Under the pieces are notes generated by a model. That model had not been told where the DNA came from, did no database searches, and worked only from the letters and a program-made list of their open reading frames with translations. A stretch of DNA of 64,000 nt, from assembly GCA_030390025.1 (NCBI GenBank), contig CM059426.1:27590001-27654000 (forward strand). Reading direction: 5' to 3'. The translations under genes were made by a program, and so were the position numbers. Source of the stretch: Squalus acanthias (Eukaryota). Within the stretch, counting starts at the first letter, position 1. Each line of letters begins with the position of its first letter. Below are positions 47,986-60,655 of the stretch, piece after piece.

Positions 47986-49077
47986 TTTGTTCCTAGCAAA
48001 TGTGTGTGATGATGTCTACAATGAAGGAATAACGATTATATTGTATTATAAACACTGGAATTTTATCAATTGATCAGTAGTTGATTACTAGAATTCTAAT
48101 GCGTGTGACCATTGTAATAATGTGATTCAGTACTTTCTCCCTCTGCTTTTCCCCCTGCACTTCTGGAAAAAACGGTCTCGTTCTAGGGTACGGCTCTGCT
48201 GGGACTAATACTTGCCCAAGTGACCATTTTTCATGTTGTCAAGCTTGATAGCAAGAATCAACGGGTGAGGGACATGGGAGGAGAACATGACCCTGTCTTC
48301 ATCTGACATCCAACATGAACCATTGGCTAGGAACAAGAATTGGCCAGTTCAACCCATTGAGTATTTTGTTAGCTATGGCAGTTCTTTTTTTCTATTTTTA
48401 ATCCCATGTTGCGTATTGTCAAAAATCTTCATAAGACATTTTTCCTCGATTTTCCTTCAGCTGGCTTAACTCGGAAGTCCTTTTACAGCAACAGCTTGCA
48501 GTTATATGGTGCTTTTAACATCGGAAAGCATTCCAAGGCATTTCACAGAAGTGAAAACGGATGCTAAGAAAGTATAGCAGGGGTGTTGAGGAAGATGACT
48601 GAAGATGCTTTGAAAAAGTATTCCAGAGTGAGAGACCAAGATGTCTAAAAGCTCTGCTGCCAATGATGGACTGGAGTTGGTAGTTGGAAGAGCAGAGGGC
48701 TCGGGCTGGCATGTAGAGTTGGAGGAGTTAACCGAGCTAGGGGAGGGGCAGCGCTATGAAGCCATTTGTAAACCAAGATAAGGAATTTCCATCCAATGTG
48801 TAGTTGTCTTGCTCCTCCAGCAAATATTTCTCCTGGTACTTATCCAACTCTGCACAGTGGATTTGTTGAGAAGGTCATTGGGAGAGCTGTATGTATAGCA
48901 GCCTGTCTGTCTACCTATCTATTGGCAACTAATCTCTTCCCAGTTCCTTACCGTCCACACATTCATACTCACTCGTACCAAGCACTGGAAACAGAACATA
49001 ACCTGAGCTACTGACCGAAGAGGTGTTTCCATTTGCTTGAGACCCGTGACATCGGGTTCCCCAAGCGTGGGTTATGT

Positions 49078-50365
49078 GAAATAAAAACCGAAAATGCTGG
49101 AAATACTCAGCAGGTCAGACAGCATCTGTGGAGAGAGAAACAGAGTTAATGTTTCCGGTCGATGACCTTTCATCAGAATTGGAACAGGTTACAGATTTAA
49201 CAGTGTATAAGCAAGTTCAGAGCCAGAGAAAGGTGGGGGGAAGAGCAGGAAGACAGAGGGGAAGGTCTGTGATAGGGTAGAAGGTAGGAGTGATTTTAAA
49301 AAGGGATGGTGGTGCAAGGCAAAAGGGGATGGCAATGGGACAAGTAAAGAAACAAAAGATGGGTCTAGAGGAGTTGTAAATGGCAACAGCTGAATCATTA
49401 CCAGCACCTGCTGTCCGAAAATGGGAGCAGTGGTTACGATCTGAAATTGTTCAACTCAATGTTGAGTCCGGAAGGTTATAAAGTGGCTAATCGAAAAATG
49501 AGGTGCTGTTCCTCGAGCTTATGTTGAGCTTTATTGGAATAATGTAGGAGGCTGAGGACAGAGAGGTCAGAGTGGGAGTGGGGCAGAAAACTAAAATGGC
49601 AAGCGGCTGGAAGCTCAGGGTCGTTCTTGTGGACTGAATGGAGGTATTCAGCAAAACGCTCACCCAGTCTGCGTTTGGTCTCCCAAATGTAGAGAAGACC
49701 GCATTGTGAGTAATGAATTCAGTATATTAAATTGAAAGAAGTACACGTAAATCGCTGTTTCACCTGTTTGGGGCCCTGGACGGTGGGAACGGTAGGTGTT
49801 GTACCTCCTTCGCTTACATGGGAAGGTGCCAGGGGAGGGGGTGTTGAGGGAGTGGACCAGGGTGTCGTGGAGGGAGCGGTCCCTTTAGACTGCTGAAGGG
49901 GGAGGGGAGGGGCAGATGTGTTTGGTGGTGGCATCGCGCTGGAGGTGGCGGAAATGGTGGAGGATGATCCGTTGAATGTGGAGGTTGGTGGGGTGGAAGT
50001 TGAGGACAAGGGGAACCCTATCGTGGTTCTGAGAGGGAGGGGAAGGGTGAGTGCAGAAGTGCGGGAAATGGGAAGAACATGGTCGAGGGCCATGTCAACC
50101 ACAGTGGAGGATTTGAGGAAAAAGGAAGACTTATCTGAATCACTGGTCTGGAAGGTTGCATCATCAGAACAGATCTGATGGAGAAACTGGGAGAATGGAA
50201 TAGAGTTCTTACAGGAAGTGGGGTGGGGGGAACTATAATCAAGGTAGCTGTGGGAGTCGGTGGGCTTATAGTCGATATTGGTGGATAGACTATCCCCAGA
50301 AATGGAGATAGAGAAGTTGAGGAAGGGAAGGGTCAGAGGAAAGTGAAGGGGAAGATGGATCAGGA
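49078..50365 (-). mobile_element. Penelope-like element: RT C-terminus, GIY-YIG endonuclease remnant and pLTR
   Basis: LPFLNFSISI..YKPTDSHSYLDY.S.HP..CKNSIPFSQF; FTCTSFNLIY..CGLLYI; KLEEQHLIFRL. Confidence 0.9.
49144..49180 (-). ncRNA. Second minimal hammerhead ribozyme motif (degenerate)
   Basis: Minus strand AATT-CTGATGA-AAGGTC-ATC-GACC-G-GAAA-CATTAACT. Confidence 0.6.
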
Positions 50366-51152
50366 GGGGCGTTGGTATCAAGAGTTGTTGAAGCTTGTGA
50401 TCCTTAACACCTGAAAGGAAGAAAAAAAAGTTTTTTGTTAAAGCGCCGGATGAGGCTTATGTGGGCTGCGTGCAGCCGGCTCGAAGCCAAATACAAAACT
50501 CCTGTCCGTTTCTAAGACTGGCCACCTGATTTTTTTTTTCTCATCTTATTGACCTGCAGTTCTACATTTGGCCTGCACTTGGGGAGCTTGATGATAGCAG
50601 CACAATATAAAAGTGCCTAAAATGTCACATCAGAAGACAGTAACCTGGTGATGAACAGTGGTTTGAAAGCACAAACCAGAACCACTCTTGGGGTATTTCA
50701 GAAGACTGGTTGAATTCAAAACAGTTTCAGGCTCGGATGTGGTTTGGATTGATTGGGGCCTATTTGTTTTTTAAAATCAATGCAATCCAAATTTTCTTTT
50801 TCTGAAATATCCATGATAACTGTTGACCATTGACACTGGGAGTTGCTGAAAGAGGATGTTGTTGTTTTATTGTCTGTTTTTACTTGCATATATCCTTTTT
50901 CTTAGTTTTTCAGTGTGTCATGTTAAGATGGGAACGTGTTTGGTGCCTGAACCTATATAGTCTCATGGGGTTGAATGATTTGTTCTCTCTCCACCACCCC
51001 GACCCAACGCTCTCTGCCCGTTACTTTTCCAGTGCATGTTATAGTCCAGGATTTTATGTTGGGAAGCAGGTTAAGTGATTTTCTGGAACAGTCTGATGCA
51101 ATACTGTTTTGGTTGCTAGGAAACAGACTGTACTGCAACAGGCAGTTGCATA

Positions 51153-52853
51153 AATCATAGAATCTTACGGCACAGAAGGAGGCCTTTCAGCCTGTCACGC
51201 CTGTGCTGGCTCTTTGGAAGAGTTGTCCAATTTGGTCCCACACCCCAGCTTTTTTCCCCATAACCCTGTAAATTAGTCCTCTTCAAATACACGTCCAATT
51301 GCCTTTTTAAAAGTTTCTATGGAATCTGATTCCACCGCCCTTTCAGGTAGTGCGTTCCATGACGAATTTCGCCTCGTTTTTCCTCGAGTTCTTTTGCCAA
51401 TTATTGTAAATCTGTGACCTCTGGTTACCGGCCCACTTGCCAGAGGAAACAGTTTCTCCCGACTTGCTCTATCAAAACCCCTCATCATTTTGAATACCTC
51501 TATTAGGTCTCCCCTTAACCTTCTCTGCTCTAAGGAGAAGAATCCCAGCTTCTCCAATCTCTCCACAGAACTGAAGTCCCTCATCCCTGGATTCATCCTG
51601 GTAAACCTCCTCTGTATCTTCTCCAGGGCCTTGACATGCTTCCTAAAGTTTGGTGCCCAGAATTATACGCAATACTCTAGCTGAGGTCTAACCAGTGATT
51701 TGTAAAGGTTTAGCATGACTTCCTTGTTTTTGTATTCAATGCCCCTTTTTACAAAGCCATGTATCCAACACGCATTCTTACCACCTCATCAACTTGCCCT
51801 GCCATCTTCAAGGATTTGTACCCGCCTCAAAATAGTGCCATATAGTTTATGCTTCCTCTCCATGTTGTTTCTCCCAAAGTGCATCACTTCACACTTATCT
51901 GCATTAAATTGCATCTGCCATGTGTCTGCCCATTTCACCACTCTGTCTGTGTCCTTCTGAATTCTGCTACTGACTTGCTCACTATTTACTACATTACCAA
52001 GTTTTGTATCATCCGCAAATTTCAAAATTGTATTTCCCTATACCCAAGTCCAGATCATTTATATATAAGAAAAAGCAATGATCCTAATACTGACCCTGGG
52101 GGACCACACTGCGTACTTCTCTCCCGTCAGAAAAATATCTGTTCACTACACTCTGCCTCCTATCTCTTAGCCAATTATGTACCAAGGTTAACAGCGTCCC
52201 TTTAATACCATGTGCTTCTATTTTCCAAATAAGTCTGTTATGTGGTAATTTATCAAGTGCCTTTTGAAAGTCGATATATACATCTACTGCATCAATCCTC
52301 TCTGTTACTTCATCAAAGAACTCAATGAGGTTAGTCAGACACGATTTGCCTTTAACAAATCCATGTTGGCTGTCCCTTATTAACCCATGCTTCTCCAAGT
52401 GACTATTAATTTTGTCCTTGACAATGGTCTCCAGCAGTTTTCCTACCACTGACGTTGGACTGACTGGCCTGTAGTTACCAGATTTATCCCTCCCCCGTTT
52501 TTTGAACAGGGGTGTAACATTTGCAAACTTCCAGTCCTCTGGCATCAATCCCATATCCAAGGAGGATTGAAAGATTGTGGTCAGAGCTTCTGCTAACTCC
52601 ACCCTAGCTTCCCTCAGCAACCGAGGATGTATCCCACCTGGACCGGGTGAATTGTTAACTTTGAGTGATGCCAACCTATTTAGCACTATATCTATTTTTA
52701 TCCTATCCAACATCTCTACCCACCCTCACCCACTGCGACATCAACTTCATCCTCTTTATTTGTGAAGACAGATGCAAAGTACTCATTCAGTAACTCGGTC
52801 ATGGCGTCTGCTGTCACAAGAAGGTTTCCTTTTTTTGTCTCTAATTGGCCCCA
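51153..52853 (-). mobile_element. CR1 (subfamily iv), decayed, with inverted 5' duplication extending to 53001
   Basis: SPGPGGIHPRLL, PEDWKFANVTPLFKK, SQHGFVKGKSCLTNL, KFADDTKLG. Confidence 0.92.
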
Positions 52854-53001
52854 TATATATTATAAAAAGTAAAAGTATAGTTAAAGAAATGGTGGGGCCA
52901 ATTAGAGACAAAAAAAGGAAACCTTCTTGTGACGGCAGACGCCATGACCGAGTTAGTGAATGAGTACTTTGCATCTGTCTTCACAAAAGAAGAGGATGAA
53001 G
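52745..53001. repeat. Inverted repeat, 109-bp arms, 39-nt loop
   Basis: 52745-52853 vs 52893-53001, 4 mismatches by eye. Confidence 0.95.
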
Positions 53002-53189
53002 ATTTTTGGGTTCCCTTTTCATCTTTTCTCATAATCATGGTCTGATTAGCTGGGGTTAAAATGTTTCACCCACAGAATTACGTTTGTGAACGTTCTTAAT
53101 TTCATCAAGTGTTCATTTATTCGGGCACATGATTGAGGAGGCTACACATCTGTAATGTGATTGTGTTCTCCACCCTGAGCAGATACCAG

Positions 53190-53790
53190 CAGCAGCTTGT
53201 ATTTATAAATTGTCCAAAGGTGCTTCACAGGAGCGTTGTCAAACAAAGTGTTGACACCGAGCCACGTGAGATATTAGGACAGGTGACAAAAAGCTTGGTC
53301 AAAGCGGTAGGTTTTAAGGAGCGTCTTAACAGAGGACAGAGAGGTAGAGAGACGGAGGTTTAGGAAGGCAGGTCCAGAGCTTAGGGCCCCGGCAGCTGAA
53401 GGCACGGCTGCCAATGGTGGAGTGATGAAAATCCGGGACGCGCAAGAGGCTAGAATTGGAGGAGCTCAGCGATCTCAGAGGGTTGTAGGAGAAGGTTAGC
53501 GAGATAGGAAGAGGTGAGGCCATGGAGGGATTTGTAAACGAGGATCAGAATTTTAAAAATGAGTCGAGGCTGGACCAGCAGCCAGAATGTGTCAGCGAGC
53601 ACAGGGGTGATGGGTGAACGGGACTTGGTGTGTGTTAGGGTACGGGCAGCAGAGTTTTGGTTGAGCTCAAGTTTACAGAGGGTGCAAGGTGAGATGTTGG
53701 CCAGGAGAGCATTGGAATAGTCGAGTCTAAAGGTAACAAAAGCGTGGATGAGGATTTCAGCAGCAGCCGAGCTGAGGCAGGGGCGTGAGA
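53190..53790 (-). mobile_element. L2 3' fragment
   Basis: AAEILIHAFVTFRLDYSNALLA, PITPVLA..WL.V. Confidence 0.88.
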
Positions 53791-53839
53791 CCTTCTCAAA
53801 ACAGTATGATCCTGTGGGACACCGACCTGAACCCCACAG

Positions 53840-55176
53840 CGGGAATGGTAGCATAGTGGTAATGTCACTGGGCTAGTTATCCAGAGGCTTGGACTAATGA
53901 TCCAGAGATGTGAGTTCAAATCCCACCACGGCAGCTGGGGAATTTAAATTCAGTTAATTAAATAAATCTGGAATAAGAAACTATCGGATTGTCGTAAAAA
54001 CCCATCTGGTTCACTAATGTCCTTTAGGGAAGGAAATCTGCCATCCTTACCTGGTCTGGCCTATATGTGACTCCAGACCCACAGCAATGTGGTTGACTCT
54101 TAACTGCCCTCTGAAATGGCCCTAGCAAGTCACTCAGTTGCAACAAACCGCTACGAAAAACAATAAAAAGAATGAAACTGGACGGACCACCCGACATCGA
54201 CCTCGATACCAGCTACGGCACACCCAGCCCAGTCGACCCTGCAAAGTCCTTCTCACTAACATCTGGGGACTTGTGCCAAAATTGGGAGAGCTGTCGCACA
54301 GACTAGGCAAGCAACAGCCTGACATAGTCATACTCACAGAATCAATCCTTTCAGCCAATTGTCCCAAACTCCTCCATCACCATCCCTGGGTATGTCCGGT
54401 CCCACCAGCAGGACAGACCCACCAGAGGTGGCGGCAGTGGTATACAGTCGGGAGGGAGTGGCCCTGGGAGTCCTCAACAATGACTCCAGACCCCATGAAG
54501 TCTCATTGCTTCAGGTCAAGCATGGGCAAGGAAACCTCCTGCTGATTACCACCTACCGCCCTTCCTCAGCTGATGAATCAGTACACCTCCATGTTGAACA
54601 CCACTGGGAAGAAGCACTGAGAGTAGCAAGGGCACAGAATGTACTCTGGGTGGGGGACTTCAATGTCCATCACCAAGAGTGGCTCGGTAGCACCACTACT
54701 GACCGAGCTGGCCGAGTCCTGAAGGACATAACTGCCAGTCTGGGCCTGCGACAGGTGGTGAGAGACACCAACACGAGGGGAAAACCTACTTGACCTCGTC
54801 CTCAACAATCTACCTGTCACAGATGCATCTGTCCATGACGGCATTGGCAGCAGTGACCACCGCACAGTCATTGCGGAGACGAAGTCCCGTCTTCAGACTG
54901 AGGACACACTCCATCGTGTTGTGTGGTACTACCACCGTGCTAAATGGGATAGATTCAGAACAGATCTAGCAGCTCAAAACTGGGCATCCATGAGGCACTG
55001 TGGGCCATCAGCAGCAGCAGAATTGTATTCCACCACAATCTGTAACCTCATGGCCCGGCATATCCCTCACTCAACCATTACCATCAAGCCAGGAGACCAA
55101 CCCTGGTTCAATAAGGAGTGTAGAAGAGCATGCCAGGAGCAGCGCCAGGTGTACCTAAAAATGAGATGCCAACCTG
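53840..55176 (+). mobile_element. LINE-A 5' part: tRNA-like head, 5'UTR and APE endonuclease; resumes at 58604
   Basis: A box TAGCATAGTGG 53849-53859, B box GAGTTCAAATCC 53912-53923; VLLTNIWGL, PDIVILTES, YRP, VGDFNVHH, LDLVL, GSSDH. Confidence 0.9.
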
Positions 55177-55191
55177 TTTTGTGTTTTATTT

Positions 55192-55571
55192 AATTCTGGA
55201 GGGGAAGGGTGAACAGCCAGTTGTCGTGGTGCATATAGGTACCAACGACATAGGTAAAAAACGGGATGAGGTCCTAAAAGCTGAATATATGGAGTTAGGA
55301 GGTAAATTTAAAAAATAGGACCTCAAAGGTAGTAATCTCAGGACTGCTACCAGTGCCACGTACTAGTCAGAGTAGAAATAGAAGGATATTTCAGATGAAT
55401 ACGTGGCTAGAAGAATGGTGCAAGGGGGAGGGATTCAAATTCCTGGGACATTGGAACTGGTTCTGGGGGAGATGGGACCAGTACAAACTGGACAGTTTGC
55501 ACCTGGGCAGGGCCGGGACCGATGTCCTAGGGGGAGTGTTTGCTAGTGCTGTTGGGGAGGGTTTAAACTAA
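55192..55571 (+). pseudogene. CR1 ORF1 SGNH/GDSL esterase-like domain
   Basis: VVVVHIGTNDIG, VVISGLLPVP, DSLHL (DxxH). Confidence 0.88.
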
Positions 55572-55572
55572 A

Positions 55573-58518
55573 ATGGCAGGGGGTTGCGAACCTGTGCAGG
55601 GAGACAGAGGAAAGGGAAGCAAGGATAGAAGCAAAAGACAGAAGGAGAAAAGCAAAAGTGGAAGTCAGAGAAATCAAGGGTGTAAATCAAACATGGCCAC
55701 AGTAAATAATAATTCTAAAAGGTCTAAGAGTGTTAAAAAAACAAGCCTGAAAGCTGTGTGTCTTAATGCGAGGAGCATTCGTAATAAGGTGGATGAATTA
55801 GCTGCGCAAATAGATGTAAACGGATATGATATAATTGGGATTACGGAGACAGGGCTCCAGGGTGACCAAGGCTGGGAATTCAACATCCAGGGGTATTCAA
55901 TATTCAGGAAGGACAGGCAAAAAGGAAAAGGAGGTGGGGTAGCATTGCTGGTTAAAGAGGAGATTAACACAATAGTAAGGAAGGATATTAGCTCTGATGA
56001 TGTGGAATCTGTATGGGTAGAGCTGAGAAATACCAAGGGGCAGAAAACGTTAGTGGGAGTTGTATACAGACCCCCAAACAGTAATGCTGAGGTTGGGGAT
56101 GGCATTAAATGGGAAATTAGAGACTCGTACAATAAGGGCACAGCAGTTATCATGGGTGACTTTAATCTACATATAGATTGGGCTAACCAAATTAGTAACA
56201 ATACTGTGGAGGAGGAATTCCTAGAGTGTATACGGGATGTTTTCCTGGACCAATATGTCGAGGAACCAACTAGAGATCAGGCCATCTTAGACTGGGTATT
56301 ATGTAATGAGAAAGGATTAATTAGCAATCTTGTGCGAGGCCCCTTGGGGAGGAGCGATCATAATATGATAGAATTCCTCATTAAGATGGAGAGTGAAGTA
56401 GTTGACTCAGAGACTTGGGTCCTGAATTTAAATAAAGGAAACTACGATGGTATGAGGCGCGAGTTGGCTAGGATGGATTAGGGAATGTTACTTAAAGGGC
56501 TGACGATGGATAGGCAATGGCAAACATTTAAAGATCGCATGGGTGAACTACAGAATTTGTTCATCGCTGTTTGGCATAAAAATAAAACAAAAGCGGTGAC
56601 TCAACCATGGCTAACAAGGGAAATTAGGGATAGCATAAGATCCAAGGAGAGGACATATAAATTGGCCAGAAAAAGCAGCAAACCTGAGAATTGGGAGCAG
56701 TTTAGGATTCAGCAAAGGAGGACAAAGGGATTAATTAAGAGGGGGAAAATAGAATATGAGAGTAAAATTGCAGGGAACATAAAAACTGACTGTAAAAGCT
56801 TCTATAGATATGTGAAGAGAAAAAGATTGGTGAAGTCAAGCGTAGGTCCCTTGCAGTCAGAATCAGGGGAATTTATAATGGGGAACAAAGAAATGGCAGA
56901 CCAATTAAATACATACTTTGGTTCTGTCTTCACAAAGGAGGACACAAATAACCTCCCAGAGATGTCGGGGAACATAGGGTCTAATGAGAGGGAGGAATTG
57001 AATGAAATCAGTATTTGTAGGGAAATGGTGTTAGGGAAATTGATGGGATTGAAGGCCGATAAATCCCCAGGGCCTGATAATCTGCATCCTAGGGTACTTA
57101 AGGAAGTGGCCCTAGAAATAGTAGATGCATTGCTGGTCATCTTCCAAAATTCTATAGACTCTGGAACAGTTCCCATGGATTGGAGGGTAGCTAATGTAAC
57201 CCCACTATTCAAAAAAGGTGGTAGAGAGAAAACGGGGAATTATAGACTGACATCGGTAGTGGGGAAAATGCTAGAGTCCATTATAAAAGATGTAATAGCA
57301 GAGCACTTGGAAAACAGTGACAGGATTGGACAAAGTCAACATGGATTTACAAAAGGTAAATCATGCTTGACTAATCTACTGGAATTTTTTGAGGATGTAA
57401 CTGGTAGAATAGATAAGGGAGAACCAGTGGATGTGGTGTATTTGGACTTTCCGAAGGCTTTCGATAAGGTCCCGCATAAGAGATTAGCGTGCAAAGTTAA
57501 AGCACATGGGATTGGGGGTAAGGTACTGACTTGGATAGAAAACTGGTTGGCAGACAGGAAGCAAAGAATTGGAATAAACGGGTCTTTTTCCGAGTGGCAG
57601 GCAGTGACGAGTGGGGTACCGCAGGGATCGGTGCTAGTTATTCACTATATATTAATGATCTAGATGAGAGAACTAGATGTAATATCTCCAGTTTGCAGGC
57701 AACACAAAGCTGAGTGGGTGTGTGTGCTGTGAGGAGGATGCAGAGAAACTCCAGTATGATTTGGACAGGTTGGGTGATTGGGCAGATGCAGTATAATGTG
57801 GATAAATGCGAGGTTATCCACTTTGGTGGCAAAAACAGGAAGGCAGATTATTATCTGAACGGCAAAAGATTGAGAAAAGGGGAAGTGCAATGAGACCTGA
57901 GTGTCCTTGTGCACCAGTCGCTGAAGGTAAGCATGCAGGTGCAGCAGGCGGTTAAGAAGGCAAATGGTATGTTGGCCTTCATAGCGAGAGGATTCGAGTA
58001 CAGGAGCAAGGAGGTCTTGCTGCAGTTGTACAGGGCCTTGGTGAGACCACACCTTGAGTATTGTGTGCAGTTTTGGTCGCCTTATCTGAGGAAAGATGTT
58101 CTTGCCATGGAGGGAGTGCAGCGAAGATTTACCAGACTGATACCTGGGATGGCAGGAATGACGTATGAGGAGAGATTGGGTCGATTAGGCTTGTATTCGC
58201 TAGAGTTTAGAAGAATGAGAGGGGATCTCATTGAAACTTAAAATTCTAACAGGACTAGACAGACTGGATGCAGGAAGGATGTTCCCGATGGCAGGGGAGT
58301 CCAGAACCAGGGGTCACAGTCTAAGGATAAGGGGTAAGCCATTTAGGACTGAGATGAGGAGGAATTTCTTCACCCAGAGAGTGGTGAACCTGTGGAATTC
58401 TCTACCACAGAAGACAGTTGAGTCCAATTCATTAAATATATTCAAGAAGGAGTTAGATATATTTCTTAAGGCTAAGGGGATCAAGGGATATGGGGAGAAA
58501 GCAGGGACAGGGTACTGA
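55573..58518 (+). pseudogene. CR1 ORF2 APE endonuclease-reverse transcriptase
   Basis: LNARSIRNK, GITET, YRPP, MGDFN, LGRSDH; KSPGPD, QHGF, LDFPKAFDKVPH, GVPQGSVL; stop at 56479-56481 and later frameshifts. Confidence 0.94.
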
Positions 58519-58603
58519 ATTTGGATGATCAGCCATGATCGCATTGAATGGCGGAGCAGGCTCGAGGGGCCGAATGGCCTACTCCTGCTCCTATCTTCTA
58601 TGT

Positions 58604-59505
58604 TTCCACGTGATATCAAGAAACGGCTGAGCGCACTGGATACAGCAAAGGCTATGGGCCCCGACAACATGCCGGCTATCGTGCTGAAGACTTGTGCTTC
58701 AGAACTAGCTGCACCTCTAGCCAAGCTGTTCCAGTACAGCTACAACACTTGCATCTATCCGACAATGTGGAAAACTGCCCAGGTATGACCTGTCCAGAAA
58801 AAGCAGGACAAATCCAATCCGGCCAATTACTGCCCCATCAGTCTTCTCTCAATCATCAGCAAAGTGATGGAAGGTGTCATCGACAGTGCTATCAAGCAGC
58901 ACTTACTCACCAATAACCTGCTCACTGATGCCCAGTTTGGGTTCCGCCAAGATCACTTGGCTCCAGACCTCATTACAGCCTTGGTCCAAACATGGACAAA
59001 GGAGCTGAATTCCAGAGGTGAGGTGAGAGTGACTGCCCTTGACATCAAGGCAGCATTTGACCAAGCGTGGCATCAAGGAGCCCTAGTAAAACTGAAGTCA
59101 ATGGGAATCGGGGAAAACGCTCCATTGGCTGGAGTCATACCTAGCACAAAGGAAGATGGTTGTGGTGATTGAAGGTCAATCATCACAGCCCCAGGACATC
59201 GCTGCAGGAGTTCCTCAGGGCAGTGTCCTAGGCCCAACCATCTTCAGCTGCTTCATCAATGACCTTCCCTCTAACATAAGGTCAGAAATGGGGATGTTCG
59301 CTGATGACTGCACAGTGTTCAGCGCCATTCACAACTCCTCAGATAATGAAGCAGTCCATGCCCGCATGCAACAAGACCTGGATGACGTTCAAGCTTGAGC
59401 TGATAAGCGGCAGGTAACATTCGTGCCACAGGAGTGCCAGGCAATGACTATCTCCAACAAGCAAGAGTCTAACCACCTCCCCTTGACATTCAACGGCATT
59501 ACCAT
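58604..59505 (+). mobile_element. LINE-A RT segment (continuation of the 53840 copy), 3'-truncated
   Basis: PRDIKKRLSALDTAKAMGPD, ALDIKAAFD, GVPQGSVLGP, MFADDC. Confidence 0.9.
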
Positions 59506-59514
59506 ACTGAAATT

Positions 59515-59665
59515 GCTAGTTTTTTTTTAAGTAAGGTTATTAAGGGATATAAATGACAAAGGCAGGTAAATGGAGTTGAGGTACAGATAAGCCATGATCT
59601 AATTGCATGGCAGGTCACGAACAGGCTCGAGGGACTGAATGGCCTACTCCTGTTCCTATGTAATT
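59515..59665 (+). mobile_element. CR1 3' tail fragment
   Basis: GGAGTTGAGG...GCCATGATCT...GAATGGCCTACTCCTGTTCCTATG. Confidence 0.8.
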
Positions 59666-60077
59666 TAAAAAAAAATTCTAATAGGAGATACTCAGAAACT
59701 ATATTCCAGTAATCTGGAAGTAGGTCTGTGCTGCTGAATAATGGCCATTATCTGTTGAAAGATTTATGATCTGGTGAATGTTCCATTGTAGTGGGGCGGA
59801 TTCAATGGGAGCAGTGTCAGTGGAGTGCCCATCGAGCCTCACTCAGCTGGCACCTGACACGGTTTTAACCATGGACTGCTGGAAGTCTGCTCAAGGGAGT
59901 AGTGATGCTGCATCTGAAGCAGCCATGTGCTGAAGTGTGGTTGGTGCTATTCCCTGATTGTGGAAGTGAGCAGCTCAGTTTTCTGCCCTTGGAGTCCCTC
60001 AAGAAATGACTGAAGTTTCTCAGCAGTTCAGCTGTATAAATGATACATCCCATAGCTATGGTGATTTTGATGTTCTC

Positions 60078-60655
60078 GTGTTACATGGCTGAGTTCTGTT
60101 TCGGCATGCTGAGGTCATGTCGAGTCGTCGTTAACCCAACAATGTAACGGCGCAGTTGGTGACTGGCAATTACTAGGTGTTTGTTCACAGTAGGTTGAGC
60201 CGGATGTTTGATGGTAATGAATAGAAGTTTAAAAATACAGGAAACTCTTTATTAACCGGCACCGACGGGACCGGCGTGATGCCGGTTAATCAAAAAGTCC
60301 GGATAACGGAGAGTTATATCTCCCAACGTACGAGAGCCCCGTACACATTGACATGCGCCTGCATTCGGAGCTCCGTCTCCCCGGGGACCGCCAGCTGACC
60401 ATCTGTCGTGTCCGCTGCCTACCCGGGCTGCACATTCCCCTCCCAATCTACACGCTCCGATACAAGGCAAACGCCTCGGGGTTTTTTTTCAAAGTTAATT
60501 TTAAACGAGAGATGAAGGAAAACCCCGGTTACCTACTCAAGAATTTTGCCGGTTAAGAGAGATTTCCGGATATTTGGGTGCCGGTTAATAAAGAGTTTCC
60601 TGTAGCAGACAGTATTTACTTATTATTCTGCACCTGGAGCCAGTCGCATCCAACT
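60078..60655 (+). repeat. Copy 1 of a local ~190-bp direct duplication (carries the MITE)
   Basis: GTGTTACATGGCTGAGTTCTGTTTCGGCATGCTGAGG...TTTAAAAATA and downstream flank recur at 62052-62243. Confidence 0.92.
60238..60602. mobile_element. Tc1/mariner-pogo (Tigger-like) MITE
   Basis: Perfect 26-bp TIR CAGGAAACTCTTTATTAACCGGCACC, TA duplicated, subterminal GCCGGTTAA repeats. Confidence 0.93.

Larger units (their letters stand above)
55190..58603 (+). mobile_element. Near full-length CR1 LINE (ORF1 C-terminus plus ORF2), disabled
   Basis: ORF1 esterase-like region, APE, RT and complete 3' tail; in-frame stops and frameshifts. Confidence 0.96.

Noticed and set aside
53841-53930. Functional tRNA gene
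   Set aside because: A and B boxes are present, but the arm between them is duplicated, there is no clean acceptor stem and no T-run terminator; it is an element head
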